Of a stretch of DNA of 64,000 nt, positions 39,698 through 49,231 are shown piece by piece. The stretch is from Escherichia phage vB_EcoM_KWBSE43-6: the sequence record NC_048186.1, one strand, 5' to 3'. Position 1 is the first letter of the stretch; each line of letters opens with the position of its first letter. The notes below the pieces were generated by a model, which saw only the letters and a program-made list of their open reading frames with translations, searched no databases and was not told the origin of the DNA. The translations under genes and the position numbers were made by a program.

Positions 39698-40083
39698 AAT
39701 ACACCATCCACGAGTTGGGCTTTCGTCATACCCAACAGTTGTTCTTTGTGTTTTTCATCCGCGCCGTTGGCAACCAAGAGCGCCCAACGTTCTTCATGGT
39801 ACTTCGGGTCCATGGCTTCATCAAACGATAGGTGATGGCGAAACATGATTGAGGCCACAGAATGAAGATTGTGCGCGGTTGCTCTTTGCAAAGTCCGAGT
39901 TGCTGTGATATGCTGTTTTTGATACTCAACGCCCATAAGACGCAATTCACGAATAATACGAATTGGTGACAAATCACCTTTCTCGTAAAGTTCTTTGATA
40001 CGCGATTTCTTAGGGTGTAATTGGCCGTCTGTTTCTTTCATGAACAAATCGTACAAATATTCGACATATTCTGTGTGAGTCAT
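39694..40083 (-). CDS. Hypothetical protein
   Basis: 129-aa ORF. Confidence 0.4.
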   Translation of the reverse strand: MTHTEYVEYLYDLFMKETDGQLHPKKSRIKELYEKGDLSPIRIIRELRLMGVEYQKQHITATRTLQRATAHNLHSVASIMFRHHLSFDEAMDPKYHEERWALLVANGADEKHKEQLLGMTKAQLVDGVL

Positions 40084-40163
40084 AATTTTGATCCTTAGCG
40101 ATAAAAAGGGAACGAGCCAAATATAAGCCCATTCCCTTTATTGAAGAAATTGGTATTGCTCAG

Positions 40164-41381
40164 TTATTTCTTCATCAATGACATCAGATTAACACTCTTC
40201 CCAACAGGGGCGGTCTCCTGTTTGCGTTCAATACGCTCTTCAAGTTCCCAACGTGTTCCCTTCTGTAGATGCCAGATATGTAGGGGAACGCCCGTCTCAA
40301 AGAACACAGGCATCTTCCACTTCTGGACGCCTGGGACGTGCCCTGCGGGAGCCTTCTCACATAACAGGGTATCTGGTAGCCAAAGTGAACGCGCCTCCCA
40401 GAGTGCCGCGCAGGAGTACTCCGGCCAAATGCGTTCCATGTAGTCGATTTCGTCCCAGGTACGCTCCGCATCCCACCCGATATAACGAGTGTTCTTCAGA
40501 CGGAAGAATTTCTTCAACCAACACGCGCCAGAGGTCTCAAAGTTCAGACGGTTGATGAACGTCAGGTGACCGAATTCTTCAACGCATTCATGGAATGCCT
40601 TTTCCAAATCGGCTTCCAGGATGTCACACTCTTCATCGGTGATAGGACAGCCGTCGATCTTTTTCTTCCCGTGTTTGGTCACCCAATCATCACGGTTAGA
40701 AAGGAACGCCGCGCCGTTGCGGTTCGATTCGCTACCTTCACGGTCACGCAGCATGAAGCCAGGGACATCGATTTCCCACATGTTACCGAACACCATGTTC
40801 AGGGCTTCCAGGAAGTTCCAGGCGCTCAGACGGCCGAAGTATTTCCAGGACATTGCCGTGTCCCACAACTCAGTAAACTGGTCTTCTTTCATGGTGCATT
40901 CCAGCATCCAACGAAAAGAATCCATCTGAGTTTTACCGCCCAGCCAATCCACATAGGACTGAACACATGGGATCATCTTGGACTTGCGGTAGCGGCAATC
41001 AGTATCGAAGCGCATGCGTTCAAAGTTCAGATTATACCAGTCCGAGAAGCGCTGCATTTCTTCTTTGGTCTGCGGAGGAACCGGGAACTCAGAGTAGATT
41101 GTCCACGGGCCGATCGCATTATAGCAGCAACCCCAAAGAAACGCCATCCAGATCTTGCGCTCGATCTTTTCCAGATTGGTGAGGCCTTCTGTGACTTCAA
41201 TAGCATAATCCATCAGACGCATCTGCTGGTTGTGCTCTTCAGTATAGGACAGCGCTTCTACCCACGCCTTGAGCAGATACATCCGGTTCTCAGGCTTGCG
41301 GTAGTCAACCTTCAGATCAATCGGGTACTTCCATTGCTCAGGGGCTTTATACCCCTGCGGCATTTTAGATAAATGTGCCAT
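40164..41381 (-). CDS. Large conserved hypothetical protein (candidate DNA-base modification transferase)
   Basis: 405 aa, Trp/Cys-rich, sits beside P-loop kinase and HAD nucleotidase genes; function inferred from context only. Confidence 0.4.
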   Translation of the reverse strand: MAHLSKMPQGYKAPEQWKYPIDLKVDYRKPENRMYLLKAWVEALSYTEEHNQQMRLMDYAIEVTEGLTNLEKIERKIWMAFLWGCCYNAIGPWTIYSEFPVPPQTKEEMQRFSDWYNLNFERMRFDTDCRYRKSKMIPCVQSYVDWLGGKTQMDSFRWMLECTMKEDQFTELWDTAMSWKYFGRLSAWNFLEALNMVFGNMWEIDVPGFMLRDREGSESNRNGAAFLSNRDDWVTKHGKKKIDGCPITDEECDILEADLEKAFHECVEEFGHLTFINRLNFETSGACWLKKFFRLKNTRYIGWDAERTWDEIDYMERIWPEYSCAALWEARSLWLPDTLLCEKAPAGHVPGVQKWKMPVFFETGVPLHIWHLQKGTRWELEERIERKQETAPVGKSVNLMSLMKK

Positions 41382-41384
41382 ACA

Positions 41385-41765
41385 TTAATCCTTTTCGCCG
41401 ACGGAACTTGAAAGTTCTTCATCTCCAGGATGAGGCTGAACTGGCTCCAGTTGCACTTGATCTGCGGTGACCGGGCCGAATGCAGAGTTCCAGATATCGA
41501 CAAAGCGTTTGTCAGAAGTAACAACCCACATACGCTTGGCTTTATTGGAACGGTCAGCAATGAACGCCTGGGCATTGGCGTTAGTACGGACGAGACCGAC
41601 TTGGCGCCACTGACCAAAATCTTTAGACGCCGGGTTAGTGTTCAGCTGAAACTGTGGGATAACCCGGTTGTCTTCCGGATAATAACGGACAGCATTGATC
41701 ATCTTGGCATCGCCCTTATAATCAATAGCGATAGCCACGGCATCGCGGGGAATCAAAATTTTCAT
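41385..41765 (-). CDS. Hypothetical protein
   Basis: 126-aa ORF. Confidence 0.4.
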   Translation of the reverse strand: MKILIPRDAVAIAIDYKGDAKMINAVRYYPEDNRVIPQFQLNTNPASKDFGQWRQVGLVRTNANAQAFIADRSNKAKRMWVVTSDKRFVDIWNSAFGPVTADQVQLEPVQPHPGDEELSSSVGEKD

Positions 41766-41766
41766 C

Positions 41767-41970
41767 TCATTTCCTTAAAAATAATTTATAGACAACAGGT
41801 ATCAAGAACGATAAGAAGCCGAACCAGTAAACCACATTCATGGTTTTCTTTTCTGCTTCTGATAGATCAATGAAACCATAATGATATACTATCATGGTTA
41901 ATAATGAGGCTAAACAAGTGATCGCCCCGACCAATAAAATTGCATCCAACCACTTGTTGTTCATCTTCAT
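41767..41970 (-). CDS. Small membrane protein
   Basis: 67 aa, two hydrophobic helices. Confidence 0.35.
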   Translation of the reverse strand: MKMNNKWLDAILLVGAITCLASLLTMIVYHYGFIDLSEAEKKTMNVVYWFGFLSFLIPVVYKLFLRK

Positions 41971-42851
41971 TTCCTCAACATCATAGCCAGCACGTTAGAA
42001 CTTTTGGACAGCTGTTTCTTTTCATCAGCAGTCTTCTTGACAGTCGGGCGGCGGGTAGCCTTTTCCGGTACGCGATGCGCCAGCGGGTCTGAACCACCAA
42101 CTTCGCGTGTCATTGGATGGTCTTCGCAATACTTATAGAATTCTTTGAAGACGAACCCAGCGTCACGGACTTCATTGATGATCATGTGATGAATGGCATT
42201 GCCAATGACCCACAGCGGTGCGTCGAATGGCAATTGGGCAACTTCGCTGCCAACGCCGTTCTTTTTGTAGAGGACGTCCTGACCGCTGTATGAATCTACA
42301 ACGACATCCCAGCCCGCCGCCGCCATTTCAGATTTAGACTTTTCAAATTCTTTCTGATAAGACTCATTCCGAGTCCAGCCCGAATCCCCGGCTTCTTTAC
42401 CAGAACGCCCACGGATACGAGCATCATACTGATAACGATCCGGATACGTGAAGTACAACAGCGCCAGTTGCTCAATAGGATAATTGGCAAACAGCCATTC
42501 TGGACGCCATTTATCAGACAGCATCAACGGTTCACCCTCACAGACGAGCGTATATCCCGCGCTGAGATGTTCTTTGACCAGTTCGCGGGCGATATCACCA
42601 GAACCTGTCGCGGCATGGATAGCGTCCATCGAGGTCCACGAGGCAAGACCGGATTTGTTTGACGCAGTATACTGGCCGACAAACATTAATTTCAGTTCAT
42701 CAAAGGCCAGGCCAAACAGGCGCGTTTTATCGCCGATGGTATAAGTGACCTCGCGCGGCTCGAGGCGAGTACGCAGCCATTCTATGAACTGTACCACACG
42801 AGTGCCCTTGCCCGTGCCGCTTGTGCCTTTGATTACAATCAGTTTTGACAT
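41967..42851 (-). CDS. P-loop NTPase/kinase-like protein
   Basis: N-terminal GTSGTGKGT Walker-A-like motif; 294 aa. Confidence 0.45.
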   Translation of the reverse strand: MSKLIVIKGTSGTGKGTRVVQFIEWLRTRLEPREVTYTIGDKTRLFGLAFDELKLMFVGQYTASNKSGLASWTSMDAIHAATGSGDIARELVKEHLSAGYTLVCEGEPLMLSDKWRPEWLFANYPIEQLALLYFTYPDRYQYDARIRGRSGKEAGDSGWTRNESYQKEFEKSKSEMAAAGWDVVVDSYSGQDVLYKKNGVGSEVAQLPFDAPLWVIGNAIHHMIINEVRDAGFVFKEFYKYCEDHPMTREVGGSDPLAHRVPEKATRRPTVKKTADEKKQLSKSSNVLAMMLRK

Positions 42852-43222
42852 TAGTTGTCATCCTCAATACGCCATGATACACCGCCAAGCCAAGGCGACC
42901 AGAATACAGCGACCTTCTGGCGACCATATTCTTCGAATTTCACTTTATAACGGTCATCGAAGTCATAGAAAATTTCATCTTCTTCAGAACGTAATAAAGA
43001 ATCTACTGCTAATGAATGAAATTTCTGAGCTGCTCCAACGGGAGTAGGAGTTTCCATCCCCCTGATATAATTGTTTACAGCCGAAACGATCGGATGTACG
43101 ATGCTTTTCGCGGAAACTACAGGCTGAGTTGTAACTTTCAATTCGTTAGACACTTCAGACTCCTTGACGGACAAATTGGTAATGTGCAACCAGGCGGTCA
43201 ACGACTTCTGTAAAATTTTCAC
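42851..43222 (-). CDS. Hypothetical protein
   Basis: 123-aa ORF. Confidence 0.35.
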   Translation of the reverse strand: MKILQKSLTAWLHITNLSVKESEVSNELKVTTQPVVSAKSIVHPIVSAVNNYIRGMETPTPVGAAQKFHSLAVDSLLRSEEDEIFYDFDDRYKVKFEEYGRQKVAVFWSPWLGGVSWRIEDDN

Positions 43223-43946
43223 GCAGATAGTCGAAGTGGTTGCGGCCTTCTACTGGTTTAACATATATCATATTTTCTGAATCCGAAAGATCCAGTTTTT
43301 CATAATTCCCCTGAGGAACGAAGATGCTGAAAACATTGTTCCAGATGCACGGGTCGACATATTTCGGATTGTCGTCAATCAAAACATCGCCAGCAACCAT
43401 GTGCTTTTCATCCGTGCTGATGAAGCCATTGAAGATGTTCGGGAACTTGCCATACACGAACTGACGTTTGCTGCGTTCGTGCTCGGGTTCACATTTGGTG
43501 ACAGCAACAAATTCCACCATTTCAAACTTCATGAGCAGCGCATCATGCAAGTTGTTCAAGAACTCTACCGCACCGGGCAACGGCTGCATACGGGAGTACA
43601 GATCAGGTTGGCGCCAAAAGTCCATCGGGTCGCGTCCGTTTGACATATAATGGGTCTTACCGCCGATACTGACATATGAATGTGACCATGCCGGATGAGC
43701 ACGTTCACGCATCAGGATTGCCAAATCACCCGCATGGTTCATATAACATTGCTTGGTGATCGGCTGGAATTTAGCAGGGCCAACAATCCCGTCCGGGAGA
43801 CTTGCTTGGGCTTCCAGGTTTCCGTCATTAAACCATTTGACCCAAGGCGATAGACTATCGACGATTGTCAGATCAACGTCCACCAAAACCCGGTACAGGC
43901 CTCCGACCTTTGAGTTCATATCGTATAGGCAAGTCAGGTTGTTCAT
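43155..43946 (-). CDS. HAD-superfamily 5'(3')-deoxyribonucleotidase-like protein
   Basis: Motif I VDVDLTIVDS (DxDxT) and C-terminal VLIDDNPKY. Confidence 0.4.
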   Translation of the reverse strand: MNNLTCLYDMNSKVGGLYRVLVDVDLTIVDSLSPWVKWFNDGNLEAQASLPDGIVGPAKFQPITKQCYMNHAGDLAILMRERAHPAWSHSYVSIGGKTHYMSNGRDPMDFWRQPDLYSRMQPLPGAVEFLNNLHDALLMKFEMVEFVAVTKCEPEHERSKRQFVYGKFPNIFNGFISTDEKHMVAGDVLIDDNPKYVDPCIWNNVFSIFVPQGNYEKLDLSDSENMIYVKPVEGRNHFDYLRENFTEVVDRLVAHYQFVRQGV

Positions 43947-44302
43947 TTATCTTCCTCCACTTTATCATATCCTGTCGCTTTACAACCATCAGCCTGGCAG
44001 TCGCCATACAGGACAACCATGGAGTCTTTTACGAAAGTAGAACAATGATACAGCTCCGTCGTTGGATCGCTGTCATCGTAATTGCAAACGGTCTGGATCG
44101 GGCCGGGAGTAGTACCCTGGAGGGCGGCATGTGCTTTAACCATGTCATCCATTTTGGTCTGAGCCTGGTCTTGGGTGAAGTCCGGCCCGCTGAGATCTGG
44201 TGTGTCCAAGAGAGCAGAGCAAGCAGACAGAGACACTGACAGAGTGAACGCCAGCATGATTTTGTAGAACAGAACGGTTTTATTGAGTTTCATCTTAATC
44301 AC
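43943..44302 (-). CDS. Putative lipoprotein
   Basis: Signal peptide with lipobox LSAC; Cys-containing mature domain. Confidence 0.45.
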   Translation of the reverse strand: MIKMKLNKTVLFYKIMLAFTLSVSLSACSALLDTPDLSGPDFTQDQAQTKMDDMVKAHAALQGTTPGPIQTVCNYDDSDPTTELYHCSTFVKDSMVVLYGDCQADGCKATGYDKVEEDK

Positions 44303-44359
44303 CTATTTTTGTCAAAGGGAAACAACAAGGGGAATTATATCCCCCTGTCGGTTATTGAA

Positions 44360-44647
44360 TTAGTGAGAAGCCAAAGAATTATTGTGGTCTACCATAAATT
44401 GGTAGTTGCCACCGAATTTTTTGACCGCATCAATCTCGTGTTGTCCCCATTGATATTGGTAACGCTGGAACAATTCTCCTGGCACAACTTCAATCTCAAA
44501 CTCAAAGAAGCAGTCTTGGCAGAGAACTTTCCCTTCTTCAGTGAAAGATTTTGCTATCAAAAGCGTCACGTCCGGGCCGGGTCTTCCAAATATATACAAA
44601 TATGGATTCCCCAAAACCACTTCATTACCACGTTGATCAACAATCAT
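44360..44647 (-). CDS. Hypothetical protein
   Basis: 95-aa ORF just downstream of polymerase gene. Confidence 0.4.
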   Translation of the reverse strand: MIVDQRGNEVVLGNPYLYIFGRPGPDVTLLIAKSFTEEGKVLCQDCFFEFEIEVVPGELFQRYQYQWGQHEIDAVKKFGGNYQFMVDHNNSLASH

Positions 44648-44650
44648 TTT

Positions 44651-47647
44651 CTACCCCTTTTTACCCATCATCGCTAATAAATTGACCCGACGTTTGTGAG
44701 ACCAGCCAACGACCGTCAGTATAGACTGGATCGGTTCGATGAATGACTTCTCAAATGCCGTGTTGTAATCCACCCATTTCGCCATATCCAATTCTTCGGG
44801 GAAGAACTCTGGATAGGCGAAATAGTTCTGACCGAATGGATTACCAGCTTTCAGCAGAACAATGTTGACTTTATCGCCAGATTCTATTAACGGTAAATCG
44901 AGTTCTTCATGTTTCTCCACCAGGCGATTGTAGCCGACGCATGCCTTTGCAGCAAAGTGCGCCCCAGAGATAAAGGATCCGTCAGGAGCCACGCACTTCT
45001 CAATATCAGAGACACCTGATGCCTTCGCAATATCATCGACGCTCAGTTTCATGTACTCATCTTTATACGTCTTGATGAGGTCTTGGACTTCGCTTTCCGT
45101 GCCTAAAAGAATGCGCTCATAGCACTTGATGAGACGTTCACGACACCATTCTGGCGTTGTTGATTTACGCGCCTCAAGACCTTTGAATTTGATCTTCGGC
45201 TTCTCATATTTGATGCCTTCACTGTCATAGACAGCCATGCAATACATCTTCTTGGCACGCCATACTGCAGCAGACGCAATGACTTCACGCTCCCAAACCA
45301 TGCGCTGTTCGTAGCCATTCATCGTATTGCAGAGCATCTGCGCCCATTCATTGGTCTTGGGCTGGTAATTCTCCTTGATCCATTGGTCGATATTATCAAC
45401 GAGTTTGTGGTGATCAGTTTCTCCTTCCCACAATTTCTTGACCAGGCGCTCGATACAGATATAGTTCGAGTCCGTGTCCCCCGCGATAACATAATCCAGG
45501 CCGCTGGTCCCGCACAATCCGTTAAGATAATCGTCAGTGTAACGTTTGTTCCACTTATTGATCAACTGCCCTGAAGTTGTAATCGCTTCCGCAATGTTGA
45601 GGTTAAAGTATTCTTTAAACCAGACGTTAGAGATTGCACCATAACCTGCGTTCATCAAGATCTTCAGACCTTGCTGTAACGTGTCTTGGGCAACGCCAAG
45701 GTCTTCCCATTTGTGCATCACTTCGGACAGGTGATCAAGGTCGATGTTTTTGTGCTCTTCATACCAGTCTTGGTCAAAGTAGCGGGATTTCATCGCGGAT
45801 TCAAGGTGGAAGTCACCCTTAGACATTTCCTTACACCAGCCCGCCCATTGCTCATACTTCAGACCCTTGGCCTTCTCACCTTTACGGTCAGCGTAAATGC
45901 CGCGCATGATCTCAGAGAGGAAGGACATTTTCTCATTACTGAAGAATTGAACGTTTGGTGTAAACGACACGTTGTAACGCACGAGGGTTTCAAACCGGAA
46001 TTCACCCAGGGCAACCAGTTCATCTACAACCTGTAGGCGTTCATCAATCGCGCGGAGCAGTTTGTCATGAAGATTCTTCATATGGCGACGTTTATGCATC
46101 GGCGTCGTCATATCATTCATCTTGACAGCAAGCTCTTCACACATGGCTTCAATGATTTCACGACGGGTGTGTTTATCACCGATAATCGTTTCAGGCCCGA
46201 GGTTGTACTGCTGAATGATGTGTGGGTACAGGGAGTTCAAGTCCTCTGAGAAGACCCAATAATAGATCCCTGGCGCCACTTCCATGACATATGCGCCTTC
46301 AAAGTTTGTCGGCCCATCATAGACGCGCTGGACTTTGGGAACAATCCCCTTTTCGTACAGCTTGTAATAACACATGGCCAACCATGGCGCTACCGTGCCC
46401 AAACCGTCTTCAAAGTTAGATTTGGTGCGATACGCCAGGACAAACATCAGCTGAATGAGACGCAGTTTTTGTTCCAGACGCCAGACGAGTTTGACGTCCT
46501 TAATACCATACCGGGTGTGCTTACAATAATCGTTGAAATACAGATCAAACAGTGATTTGCTCTCACTGTAATCCATCTTCTTCTCACCGAGTTCGCAATA
46601 TGCAATCCAGTCCAAAGAATATCTTTCACGTGTGGTGTACGTGTGCTTCTTATAGACCTGCAGGTAATCCAACATAGGACAACCAACGAACTGATAAGTC
46701 GTGATGTCACCTTTCTTATCCCGGATGATGCGCTTTTTTATCTTACCCCAAGGACTCAGGCGATTAGTGTCGGCTTCACCCAATACTTGCATACAGCGTT
46801 CTACCAGATACGGGCTATCGAATTGCTCAATGTTCCAGCCTGTCCAACCGTCAAAGGCCCGCGCTTCCCAGTAATCAACAAATGACCGCAGCAGATCTTG
46901 TTCGGTGGTGAACTCTTGATATTCTACTTCCAGACCACCGATCTCTTCATCATTTGGGTCATATTTGAACTTATGGCGATCCTTAGAACACGGCATCCCC
47001 CAGACCATATATTTGTTATTGGTCAGATCCTGGAGCTGAATGAGCGTAATCGGGAATGCCGCATTCATGTTCTGGGTGATCTTACCATTTGCGTCAATAA
47101 TGGGGAACTGGTCGGTCACGTTGTTGGAGATAAAGGAGCCGGGGAAATGCTCGCGGACGAACGCATGGTTGGCCAAGATACGTTTATGGAACTGACGGAC
47201 GCGCGCCGCGCTCCCTTTGAACGTCTGTAGTTCTATCGTCGGGTGCGGGAATGGACCTTTAGTCATCTGCCCATCGACCCATCCTGCAGAGAACACTTCG
47301 ATATCAAGATTGGCGATATGAATGTTGTTGTAATCTGGCTGAATCGTACCGGGGAAACTGTGGGCGATGAATTGGTAGGCATAGTCAGTCTGACCGTATA
47401 TCGCCGCGCCTTCTACATCCTTGTATTCCTCCATATAGTTGTCGGCGTCACGCATAGACGCAAACTTTTTAGAAATCAGAGGTTCGTTCAACAGGCCGAC
47501 TTTTTCAACATTAGAATAATCAGCCGTGGGTAAATACAGAGTGGGTTCGAATTTCTTTTTGAGCATGCGACGGTTGCCCATGTCATCTGCAATTCGAACT
47601 AACAGGTCGTTGCCTTGCCGGGCGACGTTAGTATAGAAAACAGTCAT
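44651..47647 (-). CDS. 43: DNA polymerase, family B (T4 gp43-like)
   Basis: N-terminus MTVFYTNVARQGNDLLVR resembles T4 gp43; YGDTDS polymerase motif; start re-picked at ATG 47647 with GGAG RBS. Confidence 0.95.
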   Translation of the reverse strand: MTVFYTNVARQGNDLLVRIADDMGNRRMLKKKFEPTLYLPTADYSNVEKVGLLNEPLISKKFASMRDADNYMEEYKDVEGAAIYGQTDYAYQFIAHSFPGTIQPDYNNIHIANLDIEVFSAGWVDGQMTKGPFPHPTIELQTFKGSAARVRQFHKRILANHAFVREHFPGSFISNNVTDQFPIIDANGKITQNMNAAFPITLIQLQDLTNNKYMVWGMPCSKDRHKFKYDPNDEEIGGLEVEYQEFTTEQDLLRSFVDYWEARAFDGWTGWNIEQFDSPYLVERCMQVLGEADTNRLSPWGKIKKRIIRDKKGDITTYQFVGCPMLDYLQVYKKHTYTTRERYSLDWIAYCELGEKKMDYSESKSLFDLYFNDYCKHTRYGIKDVKLVWRLEQKLRLIQLMFVLAYRTKSNFEDGLGTVAPWLAMCYYKLYEKGIVPKVQRVYDGPTNFEGAYVMEVAPGIYYWVFSEDLNSLYPHIIQQYNLGPETIIGDKHTRREIIEAMCEELAVKMNDMTTPMHKRRHMKNLHDKLLRAIDERLQVVDELVALGEFRFETLVRYNVSFTPNVQFFSNEKMSFLSEIMRGIYADRKGEKAKGLKYEQWAGWCKEMSKGDFHLESAMKSRYFDQDWYEEHKNIDLDHLSEVMHKWEDLGVAQDTLQQGLKILMNAGYGAISNVWFKEYFNLNIAEAITTSGQLINKWNKRYTDDYLNGLCGTSGLDYVIAGDTDSNYICIERLVKKLWEGETDHHKLVDNIDQWIKENYQPKTNEWAQMLCNTMNGYEQRMVWEREVIASAAVWRAKKMYCMAVYDSEGIKYEKPKIKFKGLEARKSTTPEWCRERLIKCYERILLGTESEVQDLIKTYKDEYMKLSVDDIAKASGVSDIEKCVAPDGSFISGAHFAAKACVGYNRLVEKHEELDLPLIESGDKVNIVLLKAGNPFGQNYFAYPEFFPEELDMAKWVDYNTAFEKSFIEPIQSILTVVGWSHKRRVNLLAMMGKKG

Positions 47648-47665
47648 TGTATTCTCCAGGTTATC

Positions 47666-47680
47666 CGTGCCGTTAGCACG
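47666..47680 (-). promoter_or_regulatory. Hairpin just upstream of polymerase RBS (candidate translational operator)
   Basis: CGTGC-TAACG-GCACG stem-loop about 15 nt upstream of the GGAG RBS in minus sense. Confidence 0.25.
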
Positions 47681-47725
47681 TTCCCATAATTTAGCCGAGG
47701 AGGGTTCATTGACCAAGGAGTTTAT

Positions 47726-48298
47726 ATGGCAATCCCCTTGGTAAGCATGATTCCTGGCGCTTTGAAACAGCTCTGGAATCTGGGAACTGATTTGATTCAA
47801 TATAAGCGGGAAATTGTAAGCGCCAAGCACGATGTCAAGTTAGAAGCGATCAAATCGTCTTCCGACTGGGAACTATCTAAGATCACAGAAGTTGGTGGTT
47901 CTTGGAAAGATGAATTCTGGACTATCGTTCTTGCTATCCCCGCGATCCTCGTTATGTTAGCTCCAGTTGTGGAACTGCTTTTGTTCCCCGGTGAATATCA
48001 TAAAGGGGATTTCATCAAAGCAGTAGTCGGTGGCATGCAAGCCCTGGATACCGCGCCTGATTGGTATACTGCTTCATTATTGACAGCAATTAGTGCATCA
48101 TTCGGTATCAAAGGCTACAACCACTTTAAAAGCAACAGCCGCAAGGCGCAAGCTGTCGATGCCCTTAAACAATTCGGCGTCAAAGTGGTTAGCAAAGATC
48201 CCACTGTTGTTACTCAGTCGGGTTCTCCCGATCTTGAGTCTGCTCCCCCAGCTGGGTCTACTGCGACCTCTGGTGCGTGGCCTGATCTGAAGAAATAA
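47726..48298 (+). CDS. Membrane protein
   Basis: Strong AAGGAG RBS; hydrophobic helices; divergent from polymerase gene. Confidence 0.5.
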   Translation: MAIPLVSMIPGALKQLWNLGTDLIQYKREIVSAKHDVKLEAIKSSSDWELSKITEVGGSWKDEFWTIVLAIPAILVMLAPVVELLLFPGEYHKGDFIKAVVGGMQALDTAPDWYTASLLTAISASFGIKGYNHFKSNSRKAQAVDALKQFGVKVVSKDPTVVTQSGSPDLESAPPAGSTATSGAWPDLKK

Positions 48299-48304
48299 GG
48301 TTCA

Positions 48305-48328
48305 AGGGGCTTCGGCCCCTTTCTTTTG
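48305..48328 (+). terminator. Rho-independent terminator
   Basis: AGGGGC-TTCG-GCCCCT then TTCTTTT. Confidence 0.6.
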
Positions 48329-48338
48329 GTGTTAAGGA

Positions 48339-48551
48339 ATGGATGTGGTAAACAAGAGATTGCTCGTCACCCAGGGCGGGGCGACGATAGTAAGAGGCCG
48401 GATTTATGAACAAACTAAACTCGGCTCACACAAAACTAGACTGAAAGTGAAAGCGCCAGATGGTGGTTGGCCCACAAATGTCATTGTTCCCGATGGTCTC
48501 TTAGAACGAGGGTTCGCGACATATCGAGGGGCAGAGTTCAAAATTTATTAA
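48339..48551 (+). CDS. Hypothetical protein
   Basis: 70-aa ORF. Confidence 0.3.
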   Translation: MDVVNKRLLVTQGGATIVRGRIYEQTKLGSHKTRLKVKAPDGGWPTNVIVPDGLLERGFATYRGAEFKIY

Positions 48552-48645
48552 AATATTTATTGAAAAACTTTACTTCTTCAATAACTGACGTATACTTCAA
48601 ATTGTAGTACGAACAAACAACAAATTGAAGAGAAGGAAATACATC

Positions 48646-49173
48646 ATGAAAATTTTAGCAGAAACCGCAAACAAAAACACAGTTTTGTCTGATGCAGGTG
48701 AAGGCCACGTTTTCGGTAACTTCTTCGGTGCTGTGGAAGGCGACAAAATTTCTGCTGGGCGTTACATGGTCGTATATCATCCTATCATGAAAGGCGTTCG
48801 CCAAGAGATGAAACAAAAATTTGACTCCTACGTTGACGCCATGCAGTTCTTCCTGTTCCAGAAGCGCCATGAGCGTTTTGTAGAAGCCAAAGACGCCGGG
48901 CTGGACGATGCAACTGCCGAACTGATTGCCGAAGGAAAAATGACTCTTGAAGCCGCTCTGGGCGATATGGATATGGACGCCGAAGCACATTGGATTGAAT
49001 ATTCCGCATATCAGAACGAATGCGAAGATGATCCGGAAGATGACGGGTTTGATCCAGATCTCCACGGCGGCGAAGACGACAATACCCCTCCTCTGGAAAT
49101 TCTGATGGCAGGTGGTCAGGCCGCTTGGGAATGGCAGAACGAGAAAAATGCCTGGCTGGATAGCCGCCTCTAA
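48646..49173 (+). CDS. Acidic hypothetical protein
   Basis: Start re-picked at ATG 48646 with GAAGGAAA RBS; acidic C-terminal half. Confidence 0.45.
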   Translation: MKILAETANKNTVLSDAGEGHVFGNFFGAVEGDKISAGRYMVVYHPIMKGVRQEMKQKFDSYVDAMQFFLFQKRHERFVEAKDAGLDDATAELIAEGKMTLEAALGDMDMDAEAHWIEYSAYQNECEDDPEDDGFDPDLHGGEDDNTPPLEILMAGGQAAWEWQNEKNAWLDSRL

Positions 49174-49231
49174 TATCAGGTAAAGCCCCTCCGGGGGCTT
49201 CTTCCCCAAATTTGAAATGTAGGACTATATC

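Noticed and set aside
45103-47533. Multiple short ORFs on both strands inside the polymerase gene
   Set aside because: Embedded within a strongly supported 3-kb coding region; no independent signals.
47648-47830. 5' extension of the polymerase ORF (listed start 47830)
   Set aside because: The extension overlaps the divergent membrane-protein gene and lacks an RBS; the gp43-like N-terminus begins at Met 47647, which has a GGAG RBS.
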